A stretch of 64,000 nt of DNA from an uncultured Rhodobacteraceae bacterium (GTDB lineage Bacteria; Pseudomonadota; Alphaproteobacteria; Rhodobacterales; Rhodobacteraceae). Where the stretch lies: positions 39,646 through 103,645 of the forward strand of contig CAJXWO010000001.1 of NCBI GenBank assembly GCA_913062865.1. The letters run 5' to 3'. A program made the position numbers and the translations under genes. Under the pieces are notes generated by a model, which worked only from the letters and a program-made list of their open reading frames with translations, did no database searches and had not been told where the DNA came from. This document shows positions 27,910-36,833 of this stretch, piece after piece; positions within the stretch are counted from its first letter, which is position 1; the number at the start of each line of letters is the position of its first letter.

Positions 27910-29895
27910 TCAGAGAAGGCCGCGCGCGGCGTCGGCCACGGCCTCGGGCGTGATGCCGAAATGGCGGTATAGGTCGCCGGCCGGGGCGGAGGCGCCGAAG
28001 CCGGTCATGCCGACGAAGGCGCCATCTGAGCCGATGATCGCATCCCAGCCCTGGCGCACGGCGGCCTCGACACCGACCTTTGGCGCGGTGCCCAGGACGC
28101 TGGCGCGGTAGGCTTCGTCCTGGGCCGCGAAAAGCTCGAAGGACGGGACGGAGACCACGGCGGCCTTGACCCCGCCCTCGGCCAACAGGTCCGCGGCCTT
28201 AAGCGCGATTTCCACCTCGGAGCCGGTGGCGAACAGCGTCACGTCGCGCGGTCCCTCGGCCTCGCGCAGAACATAGGCGCCCTTGGCGCTTTGGTTTTCG
28301 CCCGCATCGGTCCGCACGGTGGGCAGGCCCTGGCGCGACAGGCACAGAAGCGTGGGCGTCGTCTCGGACGCGACCGCGATCTCCCAGGCCTCGGCGGTTT
28401 CCACCGCATCGGCGGGGCGCAGCACGGTCAGGTTCGGCATGGCGCGCAAGCTTGCGATGGTCTCGACCGGCTGGTGGGTCGGGCCGTCCTCGCCCAGGCC
28501 GATGCTGTCATGGGTCATCACATAGGCCACGGGCACGCCCATCAGCGCCGAAAGCCGGATCGCCGGGCGGCAGTAATCGGCAAAGGCCAGGAAGGTGCCG
28601 CCATAGGTGAAGAACCCGCCATGGAGCGCGATGCCGTTCATCGCCGCGGCCATGCCTTGTTCGCGGATGCCGTAATGGATATAGTCGCCGCCGTAATCGG
28701 CGCGAGTGACCGGGCGCATGCCCGAGGTGATCGTGTTGTTCGACCCCGTCAGGTCCGCCGAGCCGCCCACGGAATTGGGCAGGGTGGCATTGACCACCTC
28801 GAGCGCCATTTCGCTGGACTTGCGGGTGGCCACCTTGGGCGCGTCGGTGGCCAGTTTGGCCTTGTAGTCCGCCATGGCCTTGCTCAGTGCTGCGGTGTCC
28901 GGACGGGCCATGGCGGTGTCAAAGGCCCCGGCGTGGGCGCTGGCGGCCTTACGGGTCTCCCACGCGGCGCGGGCGGCGGCACCCCGCTCGGCGATGGCGG
29001 CCCAGGCGGTCTTCACATCCTCGGGCACATCGAAGGGGGCATGGTCCCAGCCAAGGGCGGCTCGGGTCGCGGCGATTTCCTCGTCGCCCAGGGGCGCGCC
29101 GTGGACCTTGTGGCTGCCCGCCTTGTTGGGCGCGCCCTTGCCGATCACGGTGCGGCAGGCGATCATCGACGGCTTGCCCGTCTCGGCGCGGGCGGCCTCG
29201 ATAGCGGCGGCAATCGCGTCGTTATCATGGCCATCCACCGCTTGCACATGCCAGCCCGCGGCGGCGAAACGCGCCATCTGGTCGGTCGAGGTCGACAGAT
29301 CCGTGGAGCCGTCGATGGTGATCTTGTTGTCGTCCCAGCAGACGATCAGACGGCCCAGGCCCAGATGGCCGGCCATGTCGATCGCCTCGTGGCTGATGCC
29401 TTCCATCAGGCAGCCGTCACCGGCCAGCACATATGTGTAGTGATCGACAAGTTCGTCGCCAAAGCGCGCGTTCATCATGCGCTCGGCCAGCGCCATGCCG
29501 ACCGAGGTGGCGATGCCCTGGCCCAGGGGGCCCGTGGTGGTTTCGATCCCCTTGGCATGGCCGTATTCCGGGTGGCCCGCGGTGCGGTAGCCCAGCTGGC
29601 GGAAGTTCCGCAATTGGTCCGCGTCCATGTCATCATAGCCCAGCAGGTGGTTGATCGCGTAGACCAGCATCGACCCGTGGCCCGCGCTCATGACAAAGCG
29701 GTCGCGGTCGGGCCAGGTGTCGTGGGCCGGGTCGATCCGGATGAAACGGTTGAACAGGACCGTCGCCACGTCCGCCAGGCCCATGGGGGCGCCGGGATGG
29801 CCGGAATTGGCCGCCTGCACCGCGTCCATGGCCAGGACACGGATGGCACTGGCCATGGCGGTTTCGTGGGTGTTCACGGGTGTCTGGATGTTCAT
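27910..29895 (-). CDS. tkt: Transketolase
   Basis: [32 protein letters not shown] and [19 protein letters not shown] 29895 follows GAGGAG; the 795-aa ORF is an extension through prk. Confidence 0.95.
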   Translation of the reverse strand: MNIQTPVNTHETAMASAIRVLAMDAVQAANSGHPGAPMGLADVATVLFNRFIRIDPAHDTWPDRDRFVMSAGHGSMLVYAINHLLGYDDMDADQLRNFRQLGYRTAGHPEYGHAKGIETTTGPLGQGIATSVGMALAERMMNARFGDELVDHYTYVLAGDGCLMEGISHEAIDMAGHLGLGRLIVCWDDNKITIDGSTDLSTSTDQMARFAAAGWHVQAVDGHDNDAIAAAIEAARAETGKPSMIACRTVIGKGAPNKAGSHKVHGAPLGDEEIAATRAALGWDHAPFDVPEDVKTAWAAIAERGAAARAAWETRKAASAHAGAFDTAMARPDTAALSKAMADYKAKLATDAPKVATRKSSEMALEVVNATLPNSVGGSADLTGSNNTITSGMRPVTRADYGGDYIHYGIREQGMAAAMNGIALHGGFFTYGGTFLAFADYCRPAIRLSALMGVPVAYVMTHDSIGLGEDGPTHQPVETIASLRAMPNLTVLRPADAVETAEAWEIAVASETTPTLLCLSRQGLPTVRTDAGENQSAKGAYVLREAEGPRDVTLFATGSEVEIALKAADLLAEGGVKAAVVSVPSFELFAAQDEAYRASVLGTAPKVGVEAAVRQGWDAIIGSDGAFVGMTGFGASAPAGDLYRHFGITPEAVADAARGLL

Positions 29896-29906
29896 GGCTC
29901 TGCTCC

Positions 29907-30779
29907 TCAGGCGCGCTTGGATTCGCTGACCAGCCGATTGACCATCGGCGTGAAGATCAGCTGCATGGCCAGGTCCATCTTGCCGCCCGGGATGACCAGG
30001 CTGTTGGCGCGGGTCATCCAGCTGTCGTGGATCATCGACATCAGGTAGGGAAAATCGATGCCGCGCGGGTTGGCGAAACGGATCACGACCAGGCTTTCGT
30101 CGGCGGTGGGGATCCAGCGCGCGATGAACGGGTTCGAGGTGTCGACCACGGGCACCCGCTGGAAGTTGATATCGGTCTGGGTGAATTGCGGGCAGATGCA
30201 GTGCACATAGGCATGCATGCGCCGCAGGATCACATCCGTGACGGCCTCGGTTGAGTAGCCCCGGCTGGCCTTGTCGCGGTGGATCTTCTGGATCCATTCG
30301 AGATTGACCACCGGCACCACGCCGATCTTGAGATCGGCGAGCGCGGCCAGATTGACCTCGTCATTGACCACGGCACCGTGCAGACCCTCGTAGAACAGAA
30401 GGTCCGAGTTTTCCTCGAAGGGCGCCCAGGCGGTGAAATGGCCGGGGGGCACGCCGTAGCGTTCGGATTCCTCGTCGTCATGGACGTAGTGACGGGTGCG
30501 GCCCTGGCCGGTTTCGCCATATTCGCGGAACACGCGCTCAAGCTCGCCCAGCTCGTTGGCTTCATAGCTGAAATGGCTGAAGGTCGCGTCGTTCTCGTCG
30601 TAGCGGCGGGCCAGTTCGGCCGTCATCGCGGCGCGGTCGTATTTGTGGAACGCATCGCCCTCGATCGAGACCGCCTTGACCCCTTCGCGGCGAAAGATCT
30701 GGTCAAAGGTCTTCTTGACCGTGCTGGTGCCTGCGCCGGACGAGCCGGTGACGCAGATGATCGGGTGTTTCTTGGACAT
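29907..30779 (-). CDS. prk: Phosphoribulokinase
   Basis: [17 protein letters not shown]-loop. 290 aa, the typical bacterial PRK length and sequence. Confidence 0.95.
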   Translation of the reverse strand: MSKKHPIICVTGSSGAGTSTVKKTFDQIFRREGVKAVSIEGDAFHKYDRAAMTAELARRYDENDATFSHFSYEANELGELERVFREYGETGQGRTRHYVHDDEESERYGVPPGHFTAWAPFEENSDLLFYEGLHGAVVNDEVNLAALADLKIGVVPVVNLEWIQKIHRDKASRGYSTEAVTDVILRRMHAYVHCICPQFTQTDINFQRVPVVDTSNPFIARWIPTADESLVVIRFANPRGIDFPYLMSMIHDSWMTRANSLVIPGGKMDLAMQLIFTPMVNRLVSESKRA

Positions 30780-30792
30780 CTCTCAACCTTCC

Positions 30793-31812
30793 TTATTCGA
30801 CGCGGAACAGGCCGCGATTGCCGAAGAGCGCAGAGCGCTCTTCCTGGGGCAGGTCGTGGTAGCCCGCCACGCGCATGACCTTTTCCGCGCCGCCAAAGAC
30901 CAGCGGCACCCGCTCGTGGAGTGTTTCGGGCACGATATCGAGGATGGGCTCACTGCCGTCCGATGCCTTGCCGCCCGCGTTCTCGACCAGAAAGCCGATG
31001 GGCGCGCATTCGTAGACCAGCCGCAGGCGGCCCCGGGCGTAGCCCTCGCGCCGGTCGCCGGGATAGAGAAAGATGCCGCCACGGGTCAGGATGCGGTGGG
31101 TTTCGGCCACCAGCGACGCGATCCAGCGCAGATTGAAGTTGCGCCCGCGTGGACCTTCGGCACCGGCGACCAGATCGTCGATATAGGCGCGGATCGGATC
31201 GGGCCAGTGGCGGTAGTTCGATGCGTTGATCGCATATTCGTCCGAGTCGATGCCGACCCCGCTGGGGGCGTCCACCTCGACAAAGCTCTGCGTGTCGGGG
31301 TCCAGCACGAATTTCACGATGCCGTCGCCATAGGTCATCACGACGCTGCACTGGGGGCCGAAGATGGCATAGCCCGACGCGATCAGCTCGCGCCCCGGGC
31401 GCAGCACGCTGGCATCGCCTGTCTCGGCGGCGGGATAGAAGCCGAAGATCGTGCCGATGGAGACGTTGGTGTCGATGTTGGACGAGCCATCAAGCGGGTC
31501 GATGGCCAGGGCAAGCGTGCCGCCTGCGTTCAGCTCGACCACGCTGTCCTGCTCCTCGGACGCGTAGAAGCGCACGGCGCTGCCCGCGAGCTTGGCCATG
31601 AAGGCCTCGTCCGCGATCACGTCCAGCGCTTTTTGATGGTCGCCGCCGGTATTGGTGCCTGCGGCCTCGGCCAGGTCCTGGTCAATGCCGCCACGGGCGA
31701 TGCGGTGGGCAATCTCGGCAAAAACCTCGGCCATGCGCGCCATGGCGTCGGCAAGGCCCGGGTCGACGGTGGCTGATGCGGGCACCAGCGCCTTGGGTGT
31801 CGATGATGTCAC
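30793..31812 (-). CDS. cbbF: Class 1 fructose-1,6-/sedoheptulose-1,7-bisphosphatase
   Basis: [26 protein letters not shown] and RLVYECAP motifs. GTG start 31812 preceded by GGAGGAG. Confidence 0.9.
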   Translation of the reverse strand: MTSSTPKALVPASATVDPGLADAMARMAEVFAEIAHRIARGGIDQDLAEAAGTNTGGDHQKALDVIADEAFMAKLAGSAVRFYASEEQDSVVELNAGGTLALAIDPLDGSSNIDTNVSIGTIFGFYPAAETGDASVLRPGRELIASGYAIFGPQCSVVMTYGDGIVKFVLDPDTQSFVEVDAPSGVGIDSDEYAINASNYRHWPDPIRAYIDDLVAGAEGPRGRNFNLRWIASLVAETHRILTRGGIFLYPGDRREGYARGRLRLVYECAPIGFLVENAGGKASDGSEPILDIVPETLHERVPLVFGGAEKVMRVAGYHDLPQEERSALFGNRGLFRVE

Positions 31813-31913
31813 GACGTTTCTCCTCCCAGAAACTCGAAGAAAGCGTCACACATTGCCCCAAGAGAAAAAATTTAATATTTTGAACGCAGCCTTAAATTTT
31901 TTGGAATTTAGTC
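31813..31913. promoter_or_regulatory. Divergent cbbR / cbbF control region
   Basis: A 101-bp spacer with a sharply AT-rich core (AAAAAATTTAATATTTTGAACGCAGCCTTAAATTTTTTGGAATTTAG) in an otherwise high-GC sequence. This is where CbbR operators and both promoters sit in known cbb regulons. Confidence 0.5.
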
Positions 31914-32846
31914 ATGCTCGAAAGGCTTACCCTCAAGCAGTTGCGCAGCCTCAAGGCGATTGCCGCCTGCGGCTCCTTGGCCGATGCCGCGCGCGAACAG
32001 GCGCTGAGCTCTCCGGCAATTCACAGTCATATCAAGAAGATGGAAGATGTTCTGGGTCAGGCGACCCTGACCAAGGACGCCACCGACAAGAAACTGGTGC
32101 CCACCGCCCATGGCCAGGTGCTGATCGATGCCACGCGCCAGATCGAGGCCATCCTCGAGCGGGCCCGCGACAATTTGGACGCGTTGAGCCGCGGGAACAG
32201 GGGCCATGTGCGGCTTGGCTTCGAGTCCACGGGCCGTCTTTTCGCCGCCCGGCTGGTCGCCACGCTGCAAAAGACCTGCCCGGATATCGAGATTTCCTTC
32301 ACCGTCGCGAATCGTGCGCGAATCATCGAAGAGCTGGCGACCGGTCAGGTCGAGCTTGCGATCATGGGGCGGCCCCCGCGCGTGCCCCGTGTCGAGGCGG
32401 TGCCGGTCGGGTCGCACCCGTTCGGCGTGTTCGTGGCCCCGGACAGCCCGCTTGCGGACATGCAGGATTACGCCCCCGAAGAGCTTGTCCAGCACACGGT
32501 TCTGGCCCGGGAAAAGGGATCGACCACGCGTATCCTGCTGGACCGGTTCCTCGACCGGATCGAGGGCTACGGCACGCCGCGCATCGTCGAAATGGATTCG
32601 AACGAGACGATCAAGGAAGGCGTGATCGCGGGTCTTGGCGTGGCCATGCTGTCGCTGCACGTGGTCGAGCGGGAAATGCGGCAAAAGCTGCTGCGCCCGT
32701 TGGACTGGCCGGGTCTGCCGGTCATGCGCTACTGGTATTTGGTGGTGCCCGACGGACCAAAGATCCTGGAAAGCACGCATCGCGTCGAAGAGGCGATCCG
32801 CGCCCTGAACGGAGCCTTCCTGCCGCCGCAGTCCCGACCGGCCTGA
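31914..32846 (+). CDS. cbbR: LysR-family regulator CbbR, divergent from the Calvin-cycle operon
   Basis: HTH: LKQLRSLKAIAACGSLADAAREQALSSPAIHSHIKKMEDVLG. 310 aa, in the classic divergent position. Confidence 0.85.
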   Translation: MLERLTLKQLRSLKAIAACGSLADAAREQALSSPAIHSHIKKMEDVLGQATLTKDATDKKLVPTAHGQVLIDATRQIEAILERARDNLDALSRGNRGHVRLGFESTGRLFAARLVATLQKTCPDIEISFTVANRARIIEELATGQVELAIMGRPPRVPRVEAVPVGSHPFGVFVAPDSPLADMQDYAPEELVQHTVLAREKGSTTRILLDRFLDRIEGYGTPRIVEMDSNETIKEGVIAGLGVAMLSLHVVEREMRQKLLRPLDWPGLPVMRYWYLVVPDGPKILESTHRVEEAIRALNGAFLPPQSRPA

Positions 32847-32897
32847 CGGCGTGGCGCCCGGACGGGCGACGCGGCGCGGCGCAACTTCGGGATGGGC

Positions 32898-33221
32898 TCA
32901 GCTGTCGGGGCTGCTCTTGCCCGGCTTGCGGGGCATGATGTTGATGTCTTGATAGAACGCCTTGACGCGGTAGCCGCGCGACATGAACTTGTCCATGTCC
33001 ACCAGAACCCGTTCAAGCCGCGCTTCGGACATGATGATGTAGATGATTACGCTTGAGTCGCTCATCAGCATCCCGGATTCGAGCCCCGCGGTGCCTGCGC
33101 CCGAGGCCGAGACCACGGTGTAGCCGCCGATCCCACGCTTCTTGAGCTGTTCGATGACCATGCGCTGAAGCTCGCCCGCCGTGATGATGGTCAGAAGCTT
33201 CTTCTGTTCGATTTGTCTCAT
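32898..33221 (-). CDS. sbtB: PII-like signalling protein, SbtB-type
   Basis: 107 aa. The pattern KKLLTIITAGELQRMVIEQLKKRGIGGYTVVSASGAG...IIYIIMSEARLERVL parallels cyanobacterial SbtB (KLVIVTEK...GAKGYTVMNTGGKG...). It sits directly downstream of sbtA. Confidence 0.65.
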   Translation of the reverse strand: MRQIEQKKLLTIITAGELQRMVIEQLKKRGIGGYTVVSASGAGTAGLESGMLMSDSSVIIYIIMSEARLERVLVDMDKFMSRGYRVKAFYQDINIMPRKPGKSSPDS

Positions 33222-33296
33222 GACGGTCTCATAGTTCCTGGGTGTCGGGCCCCATGGGCCGGTCGGGGCGTGCGGTCATGGGCGCGGGCGTCACGC

Positions 33297-34322
33297 TCAC
33301 ATACCCCACAGCATCTGTACCATGGCATAGTACAGCGGAATGCCGACGATGATGTTGAACGGAAAGGTCAGCCCCAGCGCCATGGTGAAATAGATCCCGG
33401 GCCGGGCTTCGGGGATGGCATAGCGTGCCACGGCGGGCACCACGATATACGAGGCCGAGGCCGAGAGCACCGCCAACAGCACCGCGTCGCCCACGCCAAG
33501 CCCGATCCAGAAGGCCAGCAGGATCGCGATGGCCGCGTTGACCGGCGGCGAAACGAAGGCGAAGGCAAAAAGCGCCTTGTCGATCTTGGCGCGCCCTTCG
33601 CTCATCTGCTTGCCCACCAGAAGGCCCATCTCGAGCAGGAAGAAGGCGAGCATGCCCTTGAAGATGTCATAGGTGAAGGGCAGCATCTCCGCCGTGCCCT
33701 CGGGGCCCGCGAGATACCCGATCACGAGGCTGCCGATCAGCAACAGCTGCGCGCCGTCGGTCAACGCCTCCTGCAGAACGTCGCGGATCGAGAGTGGTGC
33801 GAAATCGTCGTCCTCCTCGGGCGCGGTGCCGGTCTCGGCCGCCTGTTGCTGCATCGCTTCCTTCGCCCGCACCGCCGTGGCCAGAACAACGGCCATCAGG
33901 ATCGCGGGCGTTTCCATCAGCACCATGGCCACCGTCATATAGCCCCCGAACTCGACGGCGCGGTCGGCCAGGAACTGCTGCGTCGTGATGAAGGTCACGG
34001 CGCTGATCGAGCCGTAGGTCGCGGCGACGGCCGCGCTGTCGAACGGGTTGATCCGACGCGACAGGATATAGAAGGACACCGCCGGGACGAGGGCCGCCAT
34101 GAAGATCGCGGCGATGATCGCATAGATCCCGTCCGCGGGCAGGCCCCCCTCGGCCAGGGCCGATCCGCCCTTGAGGCCAAGCGCGACCAGAAGGTACAGC
34201 GTCAGGAACTTGGCGATCGCCGGCGGGATTTCCAGGTTCGAGCGCAACAGCCCGACACCCGTGCCCAGAACGAAGAACAGAACCGCGGGGTCCAGAAGGT
34301 TCGACAGAGCAGAGCTTAGCAT
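33297..34322 (-). CDS. sbtA: SbtA-family (DUF897) sodium-dependent bicarbonate transporter-like permease
   Basis: 341 aa with about 10 TM segments in two halves separated by an acidic loop (APEEDDDF). C-terminal ASASYIVVPAVARYAIPEARPGIYFTMALGLTFPFNIIVGIPLYY is typical of the family. ATG 34322 overlaps the upstream gene by 7 nt. Confidence 0.7.
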   Translation of the reverse strand: MLSSALSNLLDPAVLFFVLGTGVGLLRSNLEIPPAIAKFLTLYLLVALGLKGGSALAEGGLPADGIYAIIAAIFMAALVPAVSFYILSRRINPFDSAAVAATYGSISAVTFITTQQFLADRAVEFGGYMTVAMVLMETPAILMAVVLATAVRAKEAMQQQAAETGTAPEEDDDFAPLSIRDVLQEALTDGAQLLLIGSLVIGYLAGPEGTAEMLPFTYDIFKGMLAFFLLEMGLLVGKQMSEGRAKIDKALFAFAFVSPPVNAAIAILLAFWIGLGVGDAVLLAVLSASASYIVVPAVARYAIPEARPGIYFTMALGLTFPFNIIVGIPLYYAMVQMLWGM

Positions 34323-35311
34323 GCGCGCCCCCCATAAGCGTTCAAGGAGACCGAAGGTTCGGCCAGGCAGACACCGTAGGCGCCCGTTTCGATGAGCATG
34401 TCCGGGTCCGGGTCCATCCCGTCGGCCAGAACGGGATAAAGCGCGGCGGACGTGGTCCGGGCGATCCGGGCCAGGTTGGCGTGCCAGTCGGGCAGGGCGG
34501 TGCGTGTGGCCGGAAGGGGCAGGAGAACCACGTCGAGCCCCTCCAGCGCGCCGGGCCGGTCCGCAGCGGCCGGGTCGATCACGGCGGCGCGCAGCCCGTC
34601 GCCGCTGAAGGCCGGGCGGGTTTCGGCGCGCCCCCGGGCGAAGACGGGACGGAAATCCCTCCCCAGCCGCGATCCGTGCCAAACCAGGAGCCCACGCGGC
34701 GCCGCAGAGGCGCAGAGCCTGCGGGCCAGGGCCGCCGATTGTGCCATGGTCAGGCGCGGGTCGTGCAAATAGAGCGCGCCCACGCCATCGCGCAGGGCCC
34801 GCGCAACGCAGTCCCGCGCCCAAAGCGCGGGGTCCGCCGCGGGCGGCGTCACAAGGGCCACGCGCATGGGCAGGGCCAGCCGCGCCAGAACCCGCAGGTT
34901 CGACGGCAGGATCGGGCCCACGGCGGGCTGTGCCGGGTCCACCCAGGCAAGCTCGTTGCCCTCAATGCCCGTCGGCAGGCCGGAGCAGGCGGCGGCCTCG
35001 AAGACACTGAGATGGATGCGCCGGGTGGGAAAGTCATGGATATGCCGGATCAGCGGCCGCAGGCCTTGGGCCGACAGGCCGGTTTCCTCGTGAAGTTCGC
35101 GCAGAGCGGCCTGGGCCGCGCTCTCGCCCGGTTCGATCTTGCCGCCGGGAATTTCCCAACAGCCGGGCGAGGATTGGTCGGCCCGGCGCCGCGCCATGAG
35201 CACATGGCCCGCCGGGTTGCGTACCACGCAGGCAGCGACCTCCACCGGCCGCATCGACAACGCACGGGGGGAGGGACGAATGAGGGTTTTCATTCGGTCC
35301 ATGGCCAGCAT
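34316..35311 (-). CDS. Nudix (MutT-like) hydrolase fused to a thiamine-phosphate-synthase/TenI-like domain
   Basis: Nudix box WEIPGGKIEPGESAAQAALRELHEETGL, followed by an alpha/beta region of about 180 aa with the look of a TMP-TenI domain. ATG 35311 overlaps the upstream stop (TGATG); the longest ORF starts at 35323. Confidence 0.7.
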   Translation of the reverse strand: MLAMDRMKTLIRPSPRALSMRPVEVAACVVRNPAGHVLMARRRADQSSPGCWEIPGGKIEPGESAAQAALRELHEETGLSAQGLRPLIRHIHDFPTRRIHLSVFEAAACSGLPTGIEGNELAWVDPAQPAVGPILPSNLRVLARLALPMRVALVTPPAADPALWARDCVARALRDGVGALYLHDPRLTMAQSAALARRLCASAAPRGLLVWHGSRLGRDFRPVFARGRAETRPAFSGDGLRAAVIDPAAADRPGALEGLDVVLLPLPATRTALPDWHANLARIARTTSAALYPVLADGMDPDPDMLIETGAYGVCLAEPSVSLNAYGGRAC

Positions 35312-35526
35312 CAGTCCGGCCACACCCCGTAGGACGGCACGCTGGCAATGGCCGGTTGCGCCGGTGTCTTCTCCGAAGATGTTTTGGTGTGCTGGGCCCG
35401 TGCCCCAGCGGCGGACTCCGCCTGCGGCTTGCGCGCGGGCCGTTGCTTGGACGGGGCGGCGGGCTTGGCCGCCGTGCCCCGCTTGGCGGTGGGGCCGGAT
35501 TTTCCGGTGGCAGATTTCTCGCTCAT
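35311..35526 (-). CDS. Small basic, low-complexity (A/K/P/S-rich) protein ending in WPD; candidate McdB-like carboxysome protein
   Basis: 71 aa. The start overlaps the acRAF stop (ATGA) and the stop overlaps the next ATG (TGATG), so it fills the gap exactly on the operon strand. Composition suggests intrinsic disorder. The C terminus is SVPSYGVWPD. Confidence 0.55.
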   Translation of the reverse strand: MSEKSATGKSGPTAKRGTAAKPAAPSKQRPARKPQAESAAGARAQHTKTSSEKTPAQPAIASVPSYGVWPD

Positions 35527-35831
35527 GGTCCGAACTCTCCGAAAAGGGCGTCCGCCCGTGCCGCGAAGGCGCGCTGCGCCTTGTCAGCCGCGCCGTCCGC
35601 GCCGTCCTCGGAGGGGACGGTCACGTTGGCGTGGGTCTTGGCGAAACTGAGATCGGGATGGATGCCGGTCTCTTCTGACAGGTTTGCCAGGGCCTCGAGA
35701 AAGGCGCTGGTTTGGGCATAGGAGTCGAATTCGAAGCGCCTATGGATCGCCGCGCTCCCTGCGACCTGTTTCCAGGGCTCCGGCAGATCCGGGCCGGGTG
35801 TCGAAGCCGTGTTGTCTTGGTTCTTGGTCAT
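35523..35831 (-). CDS. Pterin-4a-carbinolamine dehydratase-like protein (acRAF-type alpha-carboxysome RuBisCO assembly factor)
   Basis: PCD/DCoH-like core: RRFEFDSYAQTSAFLEALANLSEETGIHPDLSFAKTHANVTV. The canonical HHP is replaced by IHP, consistent with the non-catalytic carboxysomal subgroup. It occupies the position after the shell genes. Confidence 0.7.
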   Translation of the reverse strand: MTKNQDNTASTPGPDLPEPWKQVAGSAAIHRRFEFDSYAQTSAFLEALANLSEETGIHPDLSFAKTHANVTVPSEDGADGAADKAQRAFAARADALFGEFGP

Positions 35832-35917
35832 GGTCTTCCGCTTTCATGTTCTGGACTGCCGGGCAGTGCGCCCGACAATCCAGACAGAACGAAGCCAGAA
35901 GTTTCCTTCAAGCCGTG

Positions 35918-36217
35918 TCAGGGCGTCGCCGTGGTGGGCAGGACGTTTTCCACCTCGCCGTGGGGACGGGCGATGATATGCGCCGCGGCCAGGCCGTCGC
36001 CCACGCGTTCGCACGCATCGGCACCCGCACGCACGGCGGCGTTGACGGCACCGGTTTCGCCCCGGACCATGACGGTCACGTAGCCCCCGCCGACGAACTG
36101 CCGCGCGATCAGGCGAACCTCCGACGCCTTGGTCATGGCGTCGGCCGCCTCGATGGCCGGGACCAACCCGCGGGTTTCGATCATTCCGAGGGCGATGCCC
36201 ACTTTTTCACTCGCCAT
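35918..36217 (-). CDS. csoS1: Carboxysome shell hexamer protein CsoS1 (BMC-H, Pfam00936)
   Basis: ALGMIETRGLVPAIEAADAMTKASEVRLI...GGGYVTVMVRGETGAVNAAVRAG...AHIIARPH, the canonical BMC domain. Confidence 0.95.
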   Translation of the reverse strand: MASEKVGIALGMIETRGLVPAIEAADAMTKASEVRLIARQFVGGGYVTVMVRGETGAVNAAVRAGADACERVGDGLAAAHIIARPHGEVENVLPTTATP

Positions 36218-36288
36218 GGTGTTCTCCTTTCTGGCTAAGTATTCTCTCGTTCATCGCGCCACCCGGACCGTCCAGGTGCCGCAAACTC

Positions 36289-36567
36289 TCAGGGACTGGC
36301 CCGCAACGGGCCGTGCCATTTATCTTCGGTCCAATCGTCGATGATGCCGCCGATGGTCAGGTCGGTCATCACGCGGGGATCGCCTGTGGCGATCCGGGCG
36401 GACGAGTAGGCGATGGTGATGACGAAATCGCCTTCCCGGGCGCCGACCGCGTCGACCGCGACCTCGACATTGCCCTTGGCATCCTCGAGCACCCGCAGTT
36501 TCCGGGCCTGAAGTCCGGCCACCCGCTGGGTGGTCACGAGATCACGGACGACACGCATGATGTTCAT
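36289..36567 (-). CDS. csoS4B: Carboxysome vertex pentamer protein CsoS4B (BMC-P, EutN/CcmL family)
   Basis: 92 aa: MNIMRVVRDLVTTQRVAGL...AVDAVGAREGDFV... The ATGA overlaps csoS4A. Confidence 0.85.
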   Translation of the reverse strand: MNIMRVVRDLVTTQRVAGLQARKLRVLEDAKGNVEVAVDAVGAREGDFVITIAYSSARIATGDPRVMTDLTIGGIIDDWTEDKWHGPLRASP

Positions 36568-36833
36568 GTCGCCACCTCGCCGGGCTCGTCCGCATCCCAG
36601 TAGTCGATAATGCCCACGATGGTCAGGTCCGAGGGGTATTTGGAGCTGCCCGCGGCATCCTTGGCCGCCGAACTGCCCACGGCAATGACCCAGTCGCCCT
36701 TTTTGCACCCGATGGGGTCCACGGCCACCGACCGGCTGCCGCTTTTCTCGCGCAGGACCAAAAGACGGTTGTTCTCGAGCTGGGTAATCCGCGCTGTGGC
36801 CACCAGGGTGCCCTCGACTTGAAAGATCTTCAT
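36564..36833 (-). CDS. csoS4A: Carboxysome vertex pentamer protein CsoS4A (BMC-P)
   Basis: 89 aa: MKIFQVEGTLVATARI...LLVLRE...AVDPIGCKKGDWVIAV. The ATGA overlaps csoS3. Confidence 0.85.
   Translation of the reverse strand: MKIFQVEGTLVATARITQLENNRLLVLREKSGSRSVAVDPIGCKKGDWVIAVGSSAAKDAAGSSKYPSDLTIVGIIDYWDADEPGEVAT

Noticed and set aside
35831-35918. Possible stem-loop between csoS1 and acRAF (GTTCTG...CAGAAC with inner CTGC-CCG-GCAG)
   Set aside because: The pairing is short and interrupted by bulges. It is not clearly better than chance in GC-rich DNA.
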